Virus record (IMG/VR): IMGVR_UViG_3300043478_000063 | Span: 1-37,445 of that record | Strand: one strand, 5' to 3' | DNA: 37,445 nt | DNA from: a virus | Lineage: Duplodnaviria > Caudoviricetes | Shown here: positions 15,653 to 25,217 of the stretch, piece after piece | Numbering within the stretch: position 1 is the first letter of the stretch | Layout of the letters: the number at the start of each line of letters is the position of its first letter | Program-made: the position numbers and the translations under genes | The notes under the pieces: model-generated | Told to the model about the DNA's origin: nothing | Seen by the model: the letters and a program-made list of their open reading frames with translations, nothing else | The model's database searches: none

Positions 15653-16873
15653 ATGCCGAACGTTCTGTTGACGGCGCAGATGATTAGCAACGAGCTTCTG
15701 CTCCGATTCAAGAATAATTTAGGTTTTAGTGGGGCCATCGAACACACATGGGACGACAAGTTCGCGGTAGCCGGGGCAAAGATCGGAGACACACTCCGTC
15801 TGCGCGAACCGGTGAATTTTACCGTGGGCAAAAATCCGGACATCACCGCCGCCATCCAGGACGTGGTCGAAACCCAGAAGACGCTCACCCTCAACCAGCA
15901 GGCCGTCGTGGCGTTCCAGTTCTCTTCTGCTGAACGGACGCTTTCGATCGACGCCTTCTCCGACCGGTACATCAAATCCGCAGCCGTGGCCCTCGCCAAT
16001 CAGGTAGACATCGACGGGCTCACGATGGCCTACCAATCGACCGGAAACCAGGTGGGCGCGGCGGGAACGCCGATCACGACGCTCGATCCGTTCTGGCTGG
16101 CCGGTGAAACGCTCGACACGTTCTCGGCGCCGATGGACGGCAAACGCAACATGGTGATCTCCCCGCAACTCCAGACCGCCGCCCTCAAGGCCGCTCAGGG
16201 GTTGTTCCAGTCCTCGACCCAAGTGAAACAGCAGTACGAACGCGGCCGCATGGGCACGATGGGCGGATTCGACTGGACGATGGATCAGAACGTCCGCACC
16301 CACACCGCGGGACCGCTCGGAGGCGCACCGCAAGTGGGAGCGGCCTCGCAGACGGGCTTGACGCTTGGAGTCACCGGCTTTACCGCCGCCGCCGCTCTTC
16401 GGCTCCGCAAAGGCGACTCGTTCACCCTGCCGACAGTTTTTCCTGTCAACCGGGTATCGGGTGACGCCTCGACGACGCTCCAGAAGTTCGTCGTCACCGC
16501 AGACGTGAACTCCGACGCCGCGGGTGTGGCGTCGATCCCGATCTATCCGCCTATCATTGTGACCGGCGCAGGCCGCACGGTCACCAATTCGCCGGCCGCC
16601 GGCGCTCCGCTCACTATCACCTCGGGCACGGCCAATCAGGCTTCCTCTCAGAGCCTCGCGTTCCACGAGGCGGCTTTCGTGATCGGCATGGCGCCGCTGC
16701 AAGTCCCCGCGGGTGTCGATTTCGCGGCCGCCCAGATGGACCCCGACACGGGCTGCTCCGTCCGCATCGTGTCCGACTACATCGTGACGACCGATAAGTT
16801 CGTGACCAGATGTGACGTTTTGTATGGCCACGCCGCACAGCGTCCAGAGTGGGCAGTCCGAATCGTCCAGTAA
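15653..16873 (+). CDS. Major capsid protein (P22 coat gp5-like)
   Basis: GAKIGDTLRLREP, YIKSAAVALANQVD, TRCDVLYG...RPEWAVR. Confidence 0.95.
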   Translation: MPNVLLTAQMISNELLLRFKNNLGFSGAIEHTWDDKFAVAGAKIGDTLRLREPVNFTVGKNPDITAAIQDVVETQKTLTLNQQAVVAFQFSSAERTLSIDAFSDRYIKSAAVALANQVDIDGLTMAYQSTGNQVGAAGTPITTLDPFWLAGETLDTFSAPMDGKRNMVISPQLQTAALKAAQGLFQSSTQVKQQYERGRMGTMGGFDWTMDQNVRTHTAGPLGGAPQVGAASQTGLTLGVTGFTAAAALRLRKGDSFTLPTVFPVNRVSGDASTTLQKFVVTADVNSDAAGVASIPIYPPIIVTGAGRTVTNSPAAGAPLTITSGTANQASSQSLAFHEAAFVIGMAPLQVPAGVDFAAAQMDPDTGCSVRIVSDYIVTTDKFVTRCDVLYGHAAQRPEWAVRIVQ

Positions 16874-16878
16874 ACGCC

Positions 16879-17190
16879 ATGAACACCGACTACCCGCGGA
16901 TGCTATTTCACCGGACCAAAGATCCGGTCACCGTGCTCTCGCGGGAGGAGGAAGATGCGCTCGGCCCGGAATGGTCGCGCAGGATCTGGCAAGGGGAGCC
17001 CCAAGCCCTCGAACCGGACCCTGCGCCCGTTCCGCTCGAACCGGAACCGCCGCTGTTCGACGATCCCGAACCGGAACCGGAGCCGGAACCCGAGGAGGTT
17101 CCGGTCCCGGCAGCGCCGAAGCGGCGGGCGGGGCGTCCGGCCGCAGCCAAACCAGCCACCAAAAAAGCCGTAAGGAGAAACACGAAATGA
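16879..17190 (+). CDS. Small head-associated protein (YPRMLF...EEEDALG motif, PE-rich, basic tail)
   Basis: Immediately follows the coat gene; shares its N-terminal motif with the next gene. Confidence 0.7.
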   Translation: MNTDYPRMLFHRTKDPVTVLSREEEDALGPEWSRRIWQGEPQALEPDPAPVPLEPEPPLFDDPEPEPEPEPEEVPVPAAPKRRAGRPAAAKPATKKAVRRNTK

Positions 17191-17648
17191 TGCTAGAGGT
17201 CGAACGAAACGTAAGGGAGTGGCTCGAGGCCGATCCCGCCGCAGCGGCCGCCGAAGACTTCCCGAAGCTGTTCTACAACGTGAACCTTCCGCCGGTGATC
17301 GTGCGCGACCAGGACCATGAGGACGCACTCGGTGACGCATGGCGACCGCTGAACGTTGGCTTGATCCCCGACGTGCCTCCGGTCACCATCGCGCCCACCA
17401 GCGGCACCGTGCCGGCGATAGGCGGTACCGGAAACTTCGTGGTCACGATGACGGGACCGGGCCTGAGTGAAACCTGGATCGCGGAGAAGGACGCGAGCGC
17501 GGACTGGCTGACGTTCACGCCGGACACCGAGCAGAGCGTTGACGGCCAGGTCACCTATACGGCAGAGGCAAACGTGGACGTGGAACGCACCGCGAACATC
17601 TACGTCAACGGCAAAACGTTCGTCGTCACGCAGGACGCCGGCGTCTAG
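17187..17648 (+). CDS. BACON-domain (Ig-like) decoration protein
   Basis: GGTGNFVVT...W....ADWLT...GQVTYTAEAN...RTANIYVNGKTFVVTQ; AAGGAG ribosome-binding site. Confidence 0.82.
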   Translation: MMLEVERNVREWLEADPAAAAAEDFPKLFYNVNLPPVIVRDQDHEDALGDAWRPLNVGLIPDVPPVTIAPTSGTVPAIGGTGNFVVTMTGPGLSETWIAEKDASADWLTFTPDTEQSVDGQVTYTAEANVDVERTANIYVNGKTFVVTQDAGV

Positions 17649-17697
17649 GTGCGGCGGAAGTGCGGGCAGGCGGAAGAACGAAGAAAAGGGGTTGTGA

Positions 17698-18111
17698 ATG
17701 CGGGAAACGAACGAAGTCACAGTCGAAAAGGCAAAGCAAATTCTGGCGCGTCTCAATATCGAGACGCCGACGGCAACCAACTATTTCCCTGAGTTTCAGG
17801 ACGACGTAGAGGTGTTCGGGGCGGGTGTCCCTCCCGCGCCCGTCAATCCGTCCTACTGCCTGTCGTTGAACTCGGCGTTGCGGCTGATGATCGTTTTAGC
17901 GGACTTAGAACCCGTGGCCTATCTCGATCCTCCGCAAGTGTTCGCGAGCGGCAGCCCGTTTCAATACTCGCGCGACGTGCCGTGGCTCGCGTTCAATAAC
18001 GGCGCGGTTCGCAACGCGGGGCAAATCGGGTGGTACTGGAACAGCCTGCACGGCGATCCCAGCGGCAAGTATGCGGACGCCAATGCGCGAGCCGATATCG
18101 CATGGGGCTAA
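17698..18111 (+). CDS. Hypothetical protein flanked by GTGCGG arrays
   Basis: Clean ORF in the late operon; no motif recognised. Confidence 0.7.
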   Translation: MRETNEVTVEKAKQILARLNIETPTATNYFPEFQDDVEVFGAGVPPAPVNPSYCLSLNSALRLMIVLADLEPVAYLDPPQVFASGSPFQYSRDVPWLAFNNGAVRNAGQIGWYWNSLHGDPSGKYADANARADIAWG

Positions 18112-18189
18112 CCGCCGTTTCTGAGTGCGGAGGTGCGGGCGAAGGTGCGGAAGTGCCGCACTACACCCTTTTGCGGGGGTAACTGATTT

Positions 18190-18846
18190 ATGCCGACTAC
18201 GGTTTCCCAATTGATCCACAGCGCGATGCGCCTGATCGGAGCGATCGCCAGCGGCGAAGTGCTCGAGACGAACGAACTGAACGACGCCTTCGTCTCGCTG
18301 AACCAGATGCTCTCCTCGTGGAATACGGAGGGCGCATCGATCGTGGGCCGCCAGAAGATGCTGGTCAGCATCGCGTCCTTCAATTCGTATGCGCTGCCCC
18401 AGAGGCCGGTGAAGATCGACGCCGCAAGCACGTCCATCAACGGCGTGGACAGTGACCTCGACATTGTCGATGCGGCCGGTTGGGAGGCGATCCCGGTCCC
18501 CGAAAAGCAGATGCAGTCGATCTTCATCAAGAGGCTCTACTGCGACTACCTGTTCCCGAACGCGACGGTCTACCTCTGGCCCACGCCACGTCTTCCGGGG
18601 AGCCTCGAGTTGTGGGCGTACGCGCCCATGCTTCAGTTCGCGACTCCCGCCGATACGATCACGATGCCGGACGGATACGAGGCCGGCCTGCGCTTTAATC
18701 TCGCCGTCAACCTGGCGCCTGAATACGGGCGCCCTCTCGACCAGGCCGTGGTGGCGAACGCCCAGAACTTCAAGGCGTCCCTGGTGCAACTGAACGCCGG
18801 CAATCACATGCGATCGCAGTCCGCGGCTCCGCTCGCGGCTCAATAA
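18190..18846 (+). CDS. Head-tail adaptor (P22 gp4-like), copy 1
   Basis: TVSQLIHSAMRLIG...LNQMLSSW...PDGYEAGLRFNLAVNLAPEYG. Confidence 0.8.
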   Translation: MPTTVSQLIHSAMRLIGAIASGEVLETNELNDAFVSLNQMLSSWNTEGASIVGRQKMLVSIASFNSYALPQRPVKIDAASTSINGVDSDLDIVDAAGWEAIPVPEKQMQSIFIKRLYCDYLFPNATVYLWPTPRLPGSLELWAYAPMLQFATPADTITMPDGYEAGLRFNLAVNLAPEYGRPLDQAVVANAQNFKASLVQLNAGNHMRSQSAAPLAAQ

Positions 18847-18858
18847 GGAACCGAAACG

Positions 18859-20847
18859 ATGGCTACACCGACCGCAATTTTCCCCGGCGCGATCGCGACC
18901 GCGGCCCAACTCAAGGTCGCGAATAATCTCATCCAGTCCAAACTCAGGGTGGCCGTCGATGCCGTGAACACGATTCTCTTCGTCGATTCCGCGGCCGGCT
19001 TTGGGCCGAACATGCTGGTGTCGATCGATAAGGAAATCGTCGCCATCAGCGGCGTGCAAACCAGCCCGAACGCGGCCTTGCTCGTCGCTGCCGGCGGACG
19101 CGGGTTCGACGGCACCGCTGCGGCACCGCATGCGGCGGGAGCCAAGGTATCGGTTCTGATCGATGCGTGGCACCACAACGTTTTGTCCGCCGAAATCACG
19201 GCCATCCAGACCGCACTGGGGCCGAATCTGTCGAACGTCGGCAGGCCCGTCGATCTCATCTCGAGCGATTACGACTTTGCGGCCCTGACGCCTGGCGGCG
19301 CTCTCAGTCCGGGCTCGAACACCATCACGTTGACGCCGGTCCCGAAGGGAGTCAACGGGAGCGATGCACACCACTACCTCTACATTAGCGGAGGAACGGG
19401 AACGGCAGAGGCAGTCCTGATCACGGGCGGAACCGCCGTTAGCGGCGCGGCCAGCGGGACGGTGATCGTGACATGCGCCAATGCCCATTCGGGCGCCTGG
19501 ACGATCAAATCCGCCACGGTGGGGATTCAGGAGGCCGTGCAGATTTTCCAGACCGCCGCGACCGGTGGCCGCGTCCTTATCCCCGCCGGCGGGTTCGGTA
19601 TCTTCGCGGGCGTTTACGTCGCCCATAGTGGCATCTCGATCTACGGCAGGGGCATGCAGGGCGGCACGGCCCTGTTCCAGGGCACGCCGAACGTCACCAC
19701 GTTCACCTTCGACTCCACGGAGGGGAACGGGATATTCGATCTCCAAATCATTGACTCGTCGGGCGGCAGTACGATCTCCTGGGGCATACAAGCTCTCGGC
19801 CTGAACGTCTTTTCCGCGGAACGCATTTCGATCAATGGCACGTCGAACGGCATCTTCGTCGGCAGCAATACCTATTCCACCTTCCGCGATATCAAGATCA
19901 CCGGCCACACGGTGGACGGCATCGTCATCCGGGGCCTGGTCGATGATGTCGAGATGTTCGACAACGTGAGTGTCCTGGGAGGCTCGACCGGGGTCTGCCT
20001 ACGGATTTTGCAGGCCGGCTCCGTTATTTTTGCCCATTGCAACTTTATGGGATGCCTGTACGGCGCGATCATCGGCGCGTCGGCCCTTCCGGTCTTCAGC
20101 ATCGACTTTGTGAACTGCTATTTCGATCACAACGTCACCGCTGGCGTGTCGCTTGCTCCAGGACCGGGCGGCTCGATTACCCGCGTGCGCTTCGTCCAGT
20201 GCTGGATGGCGACCTCCACAATCGGGGTAGGGATCGACACCACGAACGCGGCCCCGAACGATGTCCTGCTCGATCAGTGCATCATTGCGGACAACTCGTC
20301 AGGTGGCGTAATTATTGGCGCCGGCGCCCTGAACGTCAAGGTCCGCGGGTGCGACATTTTCAAAAATGGAACGGCGTCCGGCATCAGTGTGGGCAACAAC
20401 GTCGACGGGATTACGATCACCGACAACACGATCGGAAACGACGCATCCTGGGGCGGGAACACGCAGGCGTTCGGCGTCTTCTTCGCTAGTGCTGTCAGCC
20501 GGCTCATGATGTCCGGAAACATCTTCAAACTGAATGCGAGTTCGCACCTATCCGCGGTCCCGGCGCTTACCAGTTCCGCGATCGGGCCGAATGCCGGAAT
20601 CGATGACGTAGCGCAAACGATAGCCTCGGCGGCATCGATCACGCTCGGTTGGAATCCGGTTGTGAAAATCACCGGCACAACCACGATTACGACTATCACG
20701 GGGGGGTGGGCCGGACGCACAATAACCCTGATCTTTACAAATGCCTCTCCGAGTGGTGTCGGCACGGGCGGGAACATCAGTAGGACTCTGCCCGCGGCGC
20801 AGAATCAGGCAGTACGTCTCACTTTCGACGGGACGTCATGGTTTTAG
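18859..20847 (+). CDS. Tailspike / depolymerase-like beta-helix protein
   Basis: N-terminal attachment region, IQEAV...GGRVLIPAG...IYGRG cap, then beta-helix repeats. Confidence 0.85.
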   Translation: MATPTAIFPGAIATAAQLKVANNLIQSKLRVAVDAVNTILFVDSAAGFGPNMLVSIDKEIVAISGVQTSPNAALLVAAGGRGFDGTAAAPHAAGAKVSVLIDAWHHNVLSAEITAIQTALGPNLSNVGRPVDLISSDYDFAALTPGGALSPGSNTITLTPVPKGVNGSDAHHYLYISGGTGTAEAVLITGGTAVSGAASGTVIVTCANAHSGAWTIKSATVGIQEAVQIFQTAATGGRVLIPAGGFGIFAGVYVAHSGISIYGRGMQGGTALFQGTPNVTTFTFDSTEGNGIFDLQIIDSSGGSTISWGIQALGLNVFSAERISINGTSNGIFVGSNTYSTFRDIKITGHTVDGIVIRGLVDDVEMFDNVSVLGGSTGVCLRILQAGSVIFAHCNFMGCLYGAIIGASALPVFSIDFVNCYFDHNVTAGVSLAPGPGGSITRVRFVQCWMATSTIGVGIDTTNAAPNDVLLDQCIIADNSSGGVIIGAGALNVKVRGCDIFKNGTASGISVGNNVDGITITDNTIGNDASWGGNTQAFGVFFASAVSRLMMSGNIFKLNASSHLSAVPALTSSAIGPNAGIDDVAQTIASAASITLGWNPVVKITGTTTITTITGGWAGRTITLIFTNASPSGVGTGGNISRTLPAAQNQAVRLTFDGTSWF

Positions 20848-20858
20848 GGTACTGATCT

Positions 20859-21653
20859 ATGGCGACAACACCCGATTCGCTGTTCAACTCGATCCTCTTC
20901 GACCAGGGCGCGTTCGGCGGCAGCCTCGCCGGGTTGACCGGCCAGACGGCGGGCGGCCTGATCTATGCGGCTCTGCGCAAGGCCGGCGTAACGCTCGGAC
21001 CCGGACGCACACCGTCGCCGGCGCAGCAGAAGGACGCGCTCGACGAACTCCGCAGGCTTACCGGTTCGCTCAATTGCGACCGGCTGTTTATTTACGCGGA
21101 GGACGTGTACTCCTTCCCGATCACGACCGGCAAGAAGGTCTACACCTGGGGACAGGTTCCGGACTCGGGCGTCACCGCGGACTTCGACGCGCCACGCCCG
21201 CAACTGATCACGCGCGCGAATTTCGTCGATGGCACGGTTCGCTATCCGGTGGCCGTCATGACGCCTCAGGCGTGGGCCGCGGTCACCGTCCAGGACCTGC
21301 CCGACACGATCCCCGATGGTCTGTACAGCGACCGCGCGTACCCGTTCTCGAATATCTACTTTTACGGGCAGCCTCGCTCAGGGACCACCATCGAAATCTG
21401 GGCCTGGCACCAGGTGCCGGTCTATACGAGTGAGGCCGACCTGGTCTTCCTTCCACTGCAGTACGAGGACGCTCTGGTGCTCAACCTCGCGTGCCGCCTG
21501 GCGCCCCAGTTCCAATTGCCGGTGAATCCGGACCTCCGCCAGCAGGCGCGGGAGTCGCTGATGCGCCTGATGTCGATCAACGCTCCACAGCCGGTTTTAT
21601 CGTTGGGATTCGGCTGCTGCGGTAGCGATTTCGATATTTATAGCGGCGAGTGA
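20859..21653 (+). CDS. Head-tail adaptor (gp4-like), copy 2
   Basis: TAGGLIYAALRKAGV...DALDELRRL...LPLQYEDALVLNLACRLAPQF; paralog of 18190..18846. Confidence 0.78.
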   Translation: MATTPDSLFNSILFDQGAFGGSLAGLTGQTAGGLIYAALRKAGVTLGPGRTPSPAQQKDALDELRRLTGSLNCDRLFIYAEDVYSFPITTGKKVYTWGQVPDSGVTADFDAPRPQLITRANFVDGTVRYPVAVMTPQAWAAVTVQDLPDTIPDGLYSDRAYPFSNIYFYGQPRSGTTIEIWAWHQVPVYTSEADLVFLPLQYEDALVLNLACRLAPQFQLPVNPDLRQQARESLMRLMSINAPQPVLSLGFGCCGSDFDIYSGE

Positions 21654-21841
21654 AGTGCGCGTTCGATGTCTGTGACAAGTTTCGCCATGAATGCCGTCAC
21701 GCGCCGGTGCATGGAATCGTCACGCTCCGCGGCGGCTTTGTCCAGCGCGTAAGTTAGGCAGTCCAGCATGTCCCGAAACTCTTCCCGCGTCAGGTTCAGC
21801 ACGCTGAGATACACCTCGTTGGGCACGGTTTGCTGCTCCAT
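21638..21841 (-). CDS. Antisense small hypothetical protein (moron)
   Basis: Fills the gap between adaptor and gp10-like genes; LNLTREE...L pattern. Confidence 0.55.
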   Translation of the reverse strand: MEQQTVPNEVYLSVLNLTREEFRDMLDCLTYALDKAAAERDDSMHRRVTAFMAKLVTDIERALHSPL

Positions 21842-21847
21842 CGCTCC

Positions 21848-23554
21848 ATGAAGATATCACTTGTCGGTCCAAGCTACACGCTGCAGTCGGTCGTGGCGGC
21901 CGCGCAGCAGACCATCAACTGGTACCCGGAGACGCTCGCGGTCCAGGACGAACCGCGCCGGCAGGTGCTGTTCGGGCGTCCCGGCCTGAAGTTCTTTGCG
22001 CAACTCTCGCCGGCGAAAATCCGGTGCCTGTGGAGCGGCGGCGGCCGCCTGTTCGCCGTCCACGCGGCCAACCTGTCCGAGATCAGCGAAGCGGGCGCCA
22101 TAACGACTCAACCGACGGTGATGTTTCAGGGCACCGGCAACCCGGACCCGGCGCAGATATTCTCGAACGGCCACCAGTTGATGATCATTACCGGCGGCCT
22201 GGTGTACATCGACAACGGCACGGGACCACAGCCGGCGCGTTTTGCGGAGTCCGGAACGGCATCGACCACCGCGACCGTCGGCAACAATGTCCACCGCCTC
22301 ACCGGGCCTCCGTTCAACCCGGCCACTATGAGTTCCAGGACGATGCGGATGAACGGCAACTTCTATACGGTGAACGCCGTTATCGACGCCAACAACATCA
22401 CCGTGTCGCCCACACCGACGGCCAGCCCGGAAACCGTGTGGTCGATCGATTCCGGCGCCAACGTCGATGCGGTGACCGGCGGTTTCCTCGACGGCTACTT
22501 CATCGTGAACCGTACGCGGTCGGCGAATCCGGCGCTGCAGGCGCAGGGGCGGACGTTCAATATCTCGGCACTGAACGACGGCACGTTCTGGGATCCGCTC
22601 GACTTCGCGGTCAAGGAAGGATACAGCGATTACATCCAGTCGATCCTCTGCGACCACGAGGAACTGATCCTTTTCGGGACCGAAACGACCGAGGTCTGGA
22701 CGAACATCGGATCGACCGTCGATGCGTCTGGCATCGCGAGTTTCCCATTTCAGCGCATGCAGGGCGCCTTCAACAACGACGGGTCCGCGGCGATCTATGC
22801 TCCCTGCTCGGTGGGACCCTACCGTTGCTGGCTCGGAAGCGGCACCAACGGCCAGACGGTAGCCTACCGTGCTCTGGCATTCAACCCGGAGCGGATCTCG
22901 ACGCACGCCCAGGAATCGAACTGGAACGCTCCGTCGTTCAACGTCAAGGATGCCGTGTCCTACGCCTACCTGGACGATGGGCACCTGTTCTGGGTCGTGA
23001 ATTTCTGGGCGCAGTCTCAGACGTGGGTCTACGACATGAGCGAAGGCCTCTGGCACGAGCGCGCCGCATGGGTCCCCGCGTCCTCGACGTTCGCCCGTTA
23101 CCAGCCATGGTTCCACGCCTTCATCCCCGAGTGGGGCACGGGCGGAAAGCATATCGTGGGCGACCCGGCCACGGGCAAGCTGTACGAGCAGAGCCTGAAT
23201 TTTTACGACGACGACGGAGTCGCAATCGAGTACATCCGCTCTTTCCCGCACCTGTTGAACGAGGACAAGAACCTGTTCCACCACCGGATCGAGTTCTATC
23301 TCGAGACGGGTGCCGTGACGGGCGTGATTCCCGAAATGCAGATAGGGCTCGACTGGAGCGACGACCGGGGCCACACGTTCAAGACGGGCCTCGCGCCACT
23401 GCAGACGTCCGGAGCGACGGGCGACTACCGGAAGCGCATCGTCTGGCGCCGCCTGGGCCGATCGCGCGATCGCGTCTATCGGTTCGGGGTGCAGGGCAAG
23501 GGCAAGGTGTGCCTGACCGATGCCTTCCTCGAGGCCACGCCGGGAGAATCCTGA
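21848..23554 (+). CDS. Tail hub / packaged DNA stabilisation protein (P22 gp10-like)
   Basis: QQTINWYPE, LFGRPGL, LDGYFIV, ERISTHA, WSDDRGHTF, WRRLGRSRDRV. Confidence 0.92.
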   Translation: MKISLVGPSYTLQSVVAAAQQTINWYPETLAVQDEPRRQVLFGRPGLKFFAQLSPAKIRCLWSGGGRLFAVHAANLSEISEAGAITTQPTVMFQGTGNPDPAQIFSNGHQLMIITGGLVYIDNGTGPQPARFAESGTASTTATVGNNVHRLTGPPFNPATMSSRTMRMNGNFYTVNAVIDANNITVSPTPTASPETVWSIDSGANVDAVTGGFLDGYFIVNRTRSANPALQAQGRTFNISALNDGTFWDPLDFAVKEGYSDYIQSILCDHEELILFGTETTEVWTNIGSTVDASGIASFPFQRMQGAFNNDGSAAIYAPCSVGPYRCWLGSGTNGQTVAYRALAFNPERISTHAQESNWNAPSFNVKDAVSYAYLDDGHLFWVVNFWAQSQTWVYDMSEGLWHERAAWVPASSTFARYQPWFHAFIPEWGTGGKHIVGDPATGKLYEQSLNFYDDDGVAIEYIRSFPHLLNEDKNLFHHRIEFYLETGAVTGVIPEMQIGLDWSDDRGHTFKTGLAPLQTSGATGDYRKRIVWRRLGRSRDRVYRFGVQGKGKVCLTDAFLEATPGES

Positions 23555-24678
23555 TGCCGGACCTGATCGTGCCTCCGTTCCGTACCGCGCTTCTGACGGC
23601 GAACGGCAAATCTCTCACCGCGATCGAAGGCGCGGGTGCGCCGCAGGACGGCCGCATCACGATCGAGACGACCCGCGAGTGGTGGCTGTTCTGGCGCCTG
23701 CTGGCCGAGATCGGCAATGCCGGCCTGCTGATGATCACGTTCGGCACTCATGCCGACCGGCCGGTAGCGGACGGCATGCCGGACGGCGCCATCTACGTCG
23801 AGAGCGACCGGAGCGGCGTCGTTTACCAGAACCAGGGCGGCGAGTGGCACTACCTGGCCGGGACCATGTGGGGCACCCTGTCGCCCGATCAGAGGCCGAC
23901 GGATCTCGGGGTCAACGATGCCGGTTTCGATTTCCGCAGTACGGATCCGCCACCGCGCGAATACATCTGGTCCGGCACGGTCTGGGTCGATACGACCGGA
24001 TTTATGGACCCCACGACCACCAAGGGCGATTTGGTCGCGCGCGGGGCTGCTGCGCCTGCTACGCGGCTCGGCGTCGGCACAAACGGCCAGGTGCTCACCG
24101 CGGACTCGACTCAGGCTCTCGGGGTCAAGTGGGGCACGCCGGCAAGCGCAGGGATGGCGGACCCGACAACAACCCTGGGGGACCTGATCGTGCGCGGAGC
24201 CGCTGCGCCCGCCACACGGCTCGGGGTGGGCGCGAACGGGCAGGCGCTCCTTGCGGACTCTGCGCAGCCGCTCGGGGTCCGGTGGGGCGCGGCTGCCAGT
24301 GCGCAGATCGCGAACGCCAGCGCGTCCCTGACCTTGACCACTTCGTTTCAGGATGTCGCCGGCGCCACCCTCACCCTGCCCAAGACCGGCACCTATCTGA
24401 TCCACGCAGTCTTCGATTTCGTCGGGCAGGGGGCGGGAGACAGCGGAGCCAATTTTCTGGGGCAGTTGGTAGCCAATGGATCGGCACAGACCGGGTTCGC
24501 CACCTTCCGGGCGGAATTTGCCGCCGCTGCCCGTGGCACCGTCACGCAGCAATGGATGTACACGGCCGGGACAGTGAACCAAGTCGTACAACTGCAGGCC
24601 AACAAGGGGAGCGGGACCGGGACCAGTATCGCGGCCGCCACTCACACGAGAATTTCTGCGCTCTGGGTTGCCCCATGA
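23554..24678 (+). CDS. Tail fibre / needle-like protein with an internal ~45-aa duplication
   Basis: Starts MPDLIVPPFRT (TGATG overlap); DPTTTKGDL..RG....TRLGVG.NGQ.L.ADS...LGV.W occurs twice. Confidence 0.8.
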   Translation: MPDLIVPPFRTALLTANGKSLTAIEGAGAPQDGRITIETTREWWLFWRLLAEIGNAGLLMITFGTHADRPVADGMPDGAIYVESDRSGVVYQNQGGEWHYLAGTMWGTLSPDQRPTDLGVNDAGFDFRSTDPPPREYIWSGTVWVDTTGFMDPTTTKGDLVARGAAAPATRLGVGTNGQVLTADSTQALGVKWGTPASAGMADPTTTLGDLIVRGAAAPATRLGVGANGQALLADSAQPLGVRWGAAASAQIANASASLTLTTSFQDVAGATLTLPKTGTYLIHAVFDFVGQGAGDSGANFLGQLVANGSAQTGFATFRAEFAAAARGTVTQQWMYTAGTVNQVVQLQANKGSGTGTSIAAATHTRISALWVAP

Positions 24679-25217
24679 TCTTCTTCATGCGTTCGACCGA
24701 TTACGACCTGATCCGCGAGATCATGACCCACAAGGCAATCTACCGCCATATCGCCGACGACAGTTCGCCGGCCGCGGAGGATTACTATCCGGTCGAGAGC
24801 GACCAGGTCTGGTACGTCGTTGTGCGGGACATCGTCGATAGCGACGTCCAGGTGCTCGGTCTGTGGATGTTCGTACCGCAGAACGGCGTGTGCTGGGACG
24901 TCCACACCTGCCTTCTGCCTGCGGCATGGGGCGAACGGGCTCACGCCGCGGCGCGCATGCTGCCGTCCTGGATCTGGGAGCACACACCCTGCCGGCGCAT
25001 CGTCACCAGCGTGCCGTCGAACAACCGGCTTGCGTTGCACTTTGCAACTGAGGCCGGCATGACAATCTTCGGGGTGAACCGGGCGAGTTACCTGAAGTGT
25101 GGCGTGCTCCACGATCAGGTGTGCCTCGGGATCAGCAAGCCCGAAGGAATGCCCATTGTTGACGTTTGCAGCCCCGTGGCTGCATCGGAGGAGGTACCAA
25201 CGTGCCAGCAGCAGTAG
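24675..25217 (+). CDS. GNAT-fold virion-assembly protein (P22 gp14 / DUF2824-like)
   Basis: WDVHTCLLPAAWG...WIWEHTPCRRIVTSVPSNNRLALHFA; position just before the ejection genes. Confidence 0.8.
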   Translation: MIFFMRSTDYDLIREIMTHKAIYRHIADDSSPAAEDYYPVESDQVWYVVVRDIVDSDVQVLGLWMFVPQNGVCWDVHTCLLPAAWGERAHAAARMLPSWIWEHTPCRRIVTSVPSNNRLALHFATEAGMTIFGVNRASYLKCGVLHDQVCLGISKPEGMPIVDVCSPVAASEEVPTCQQQ

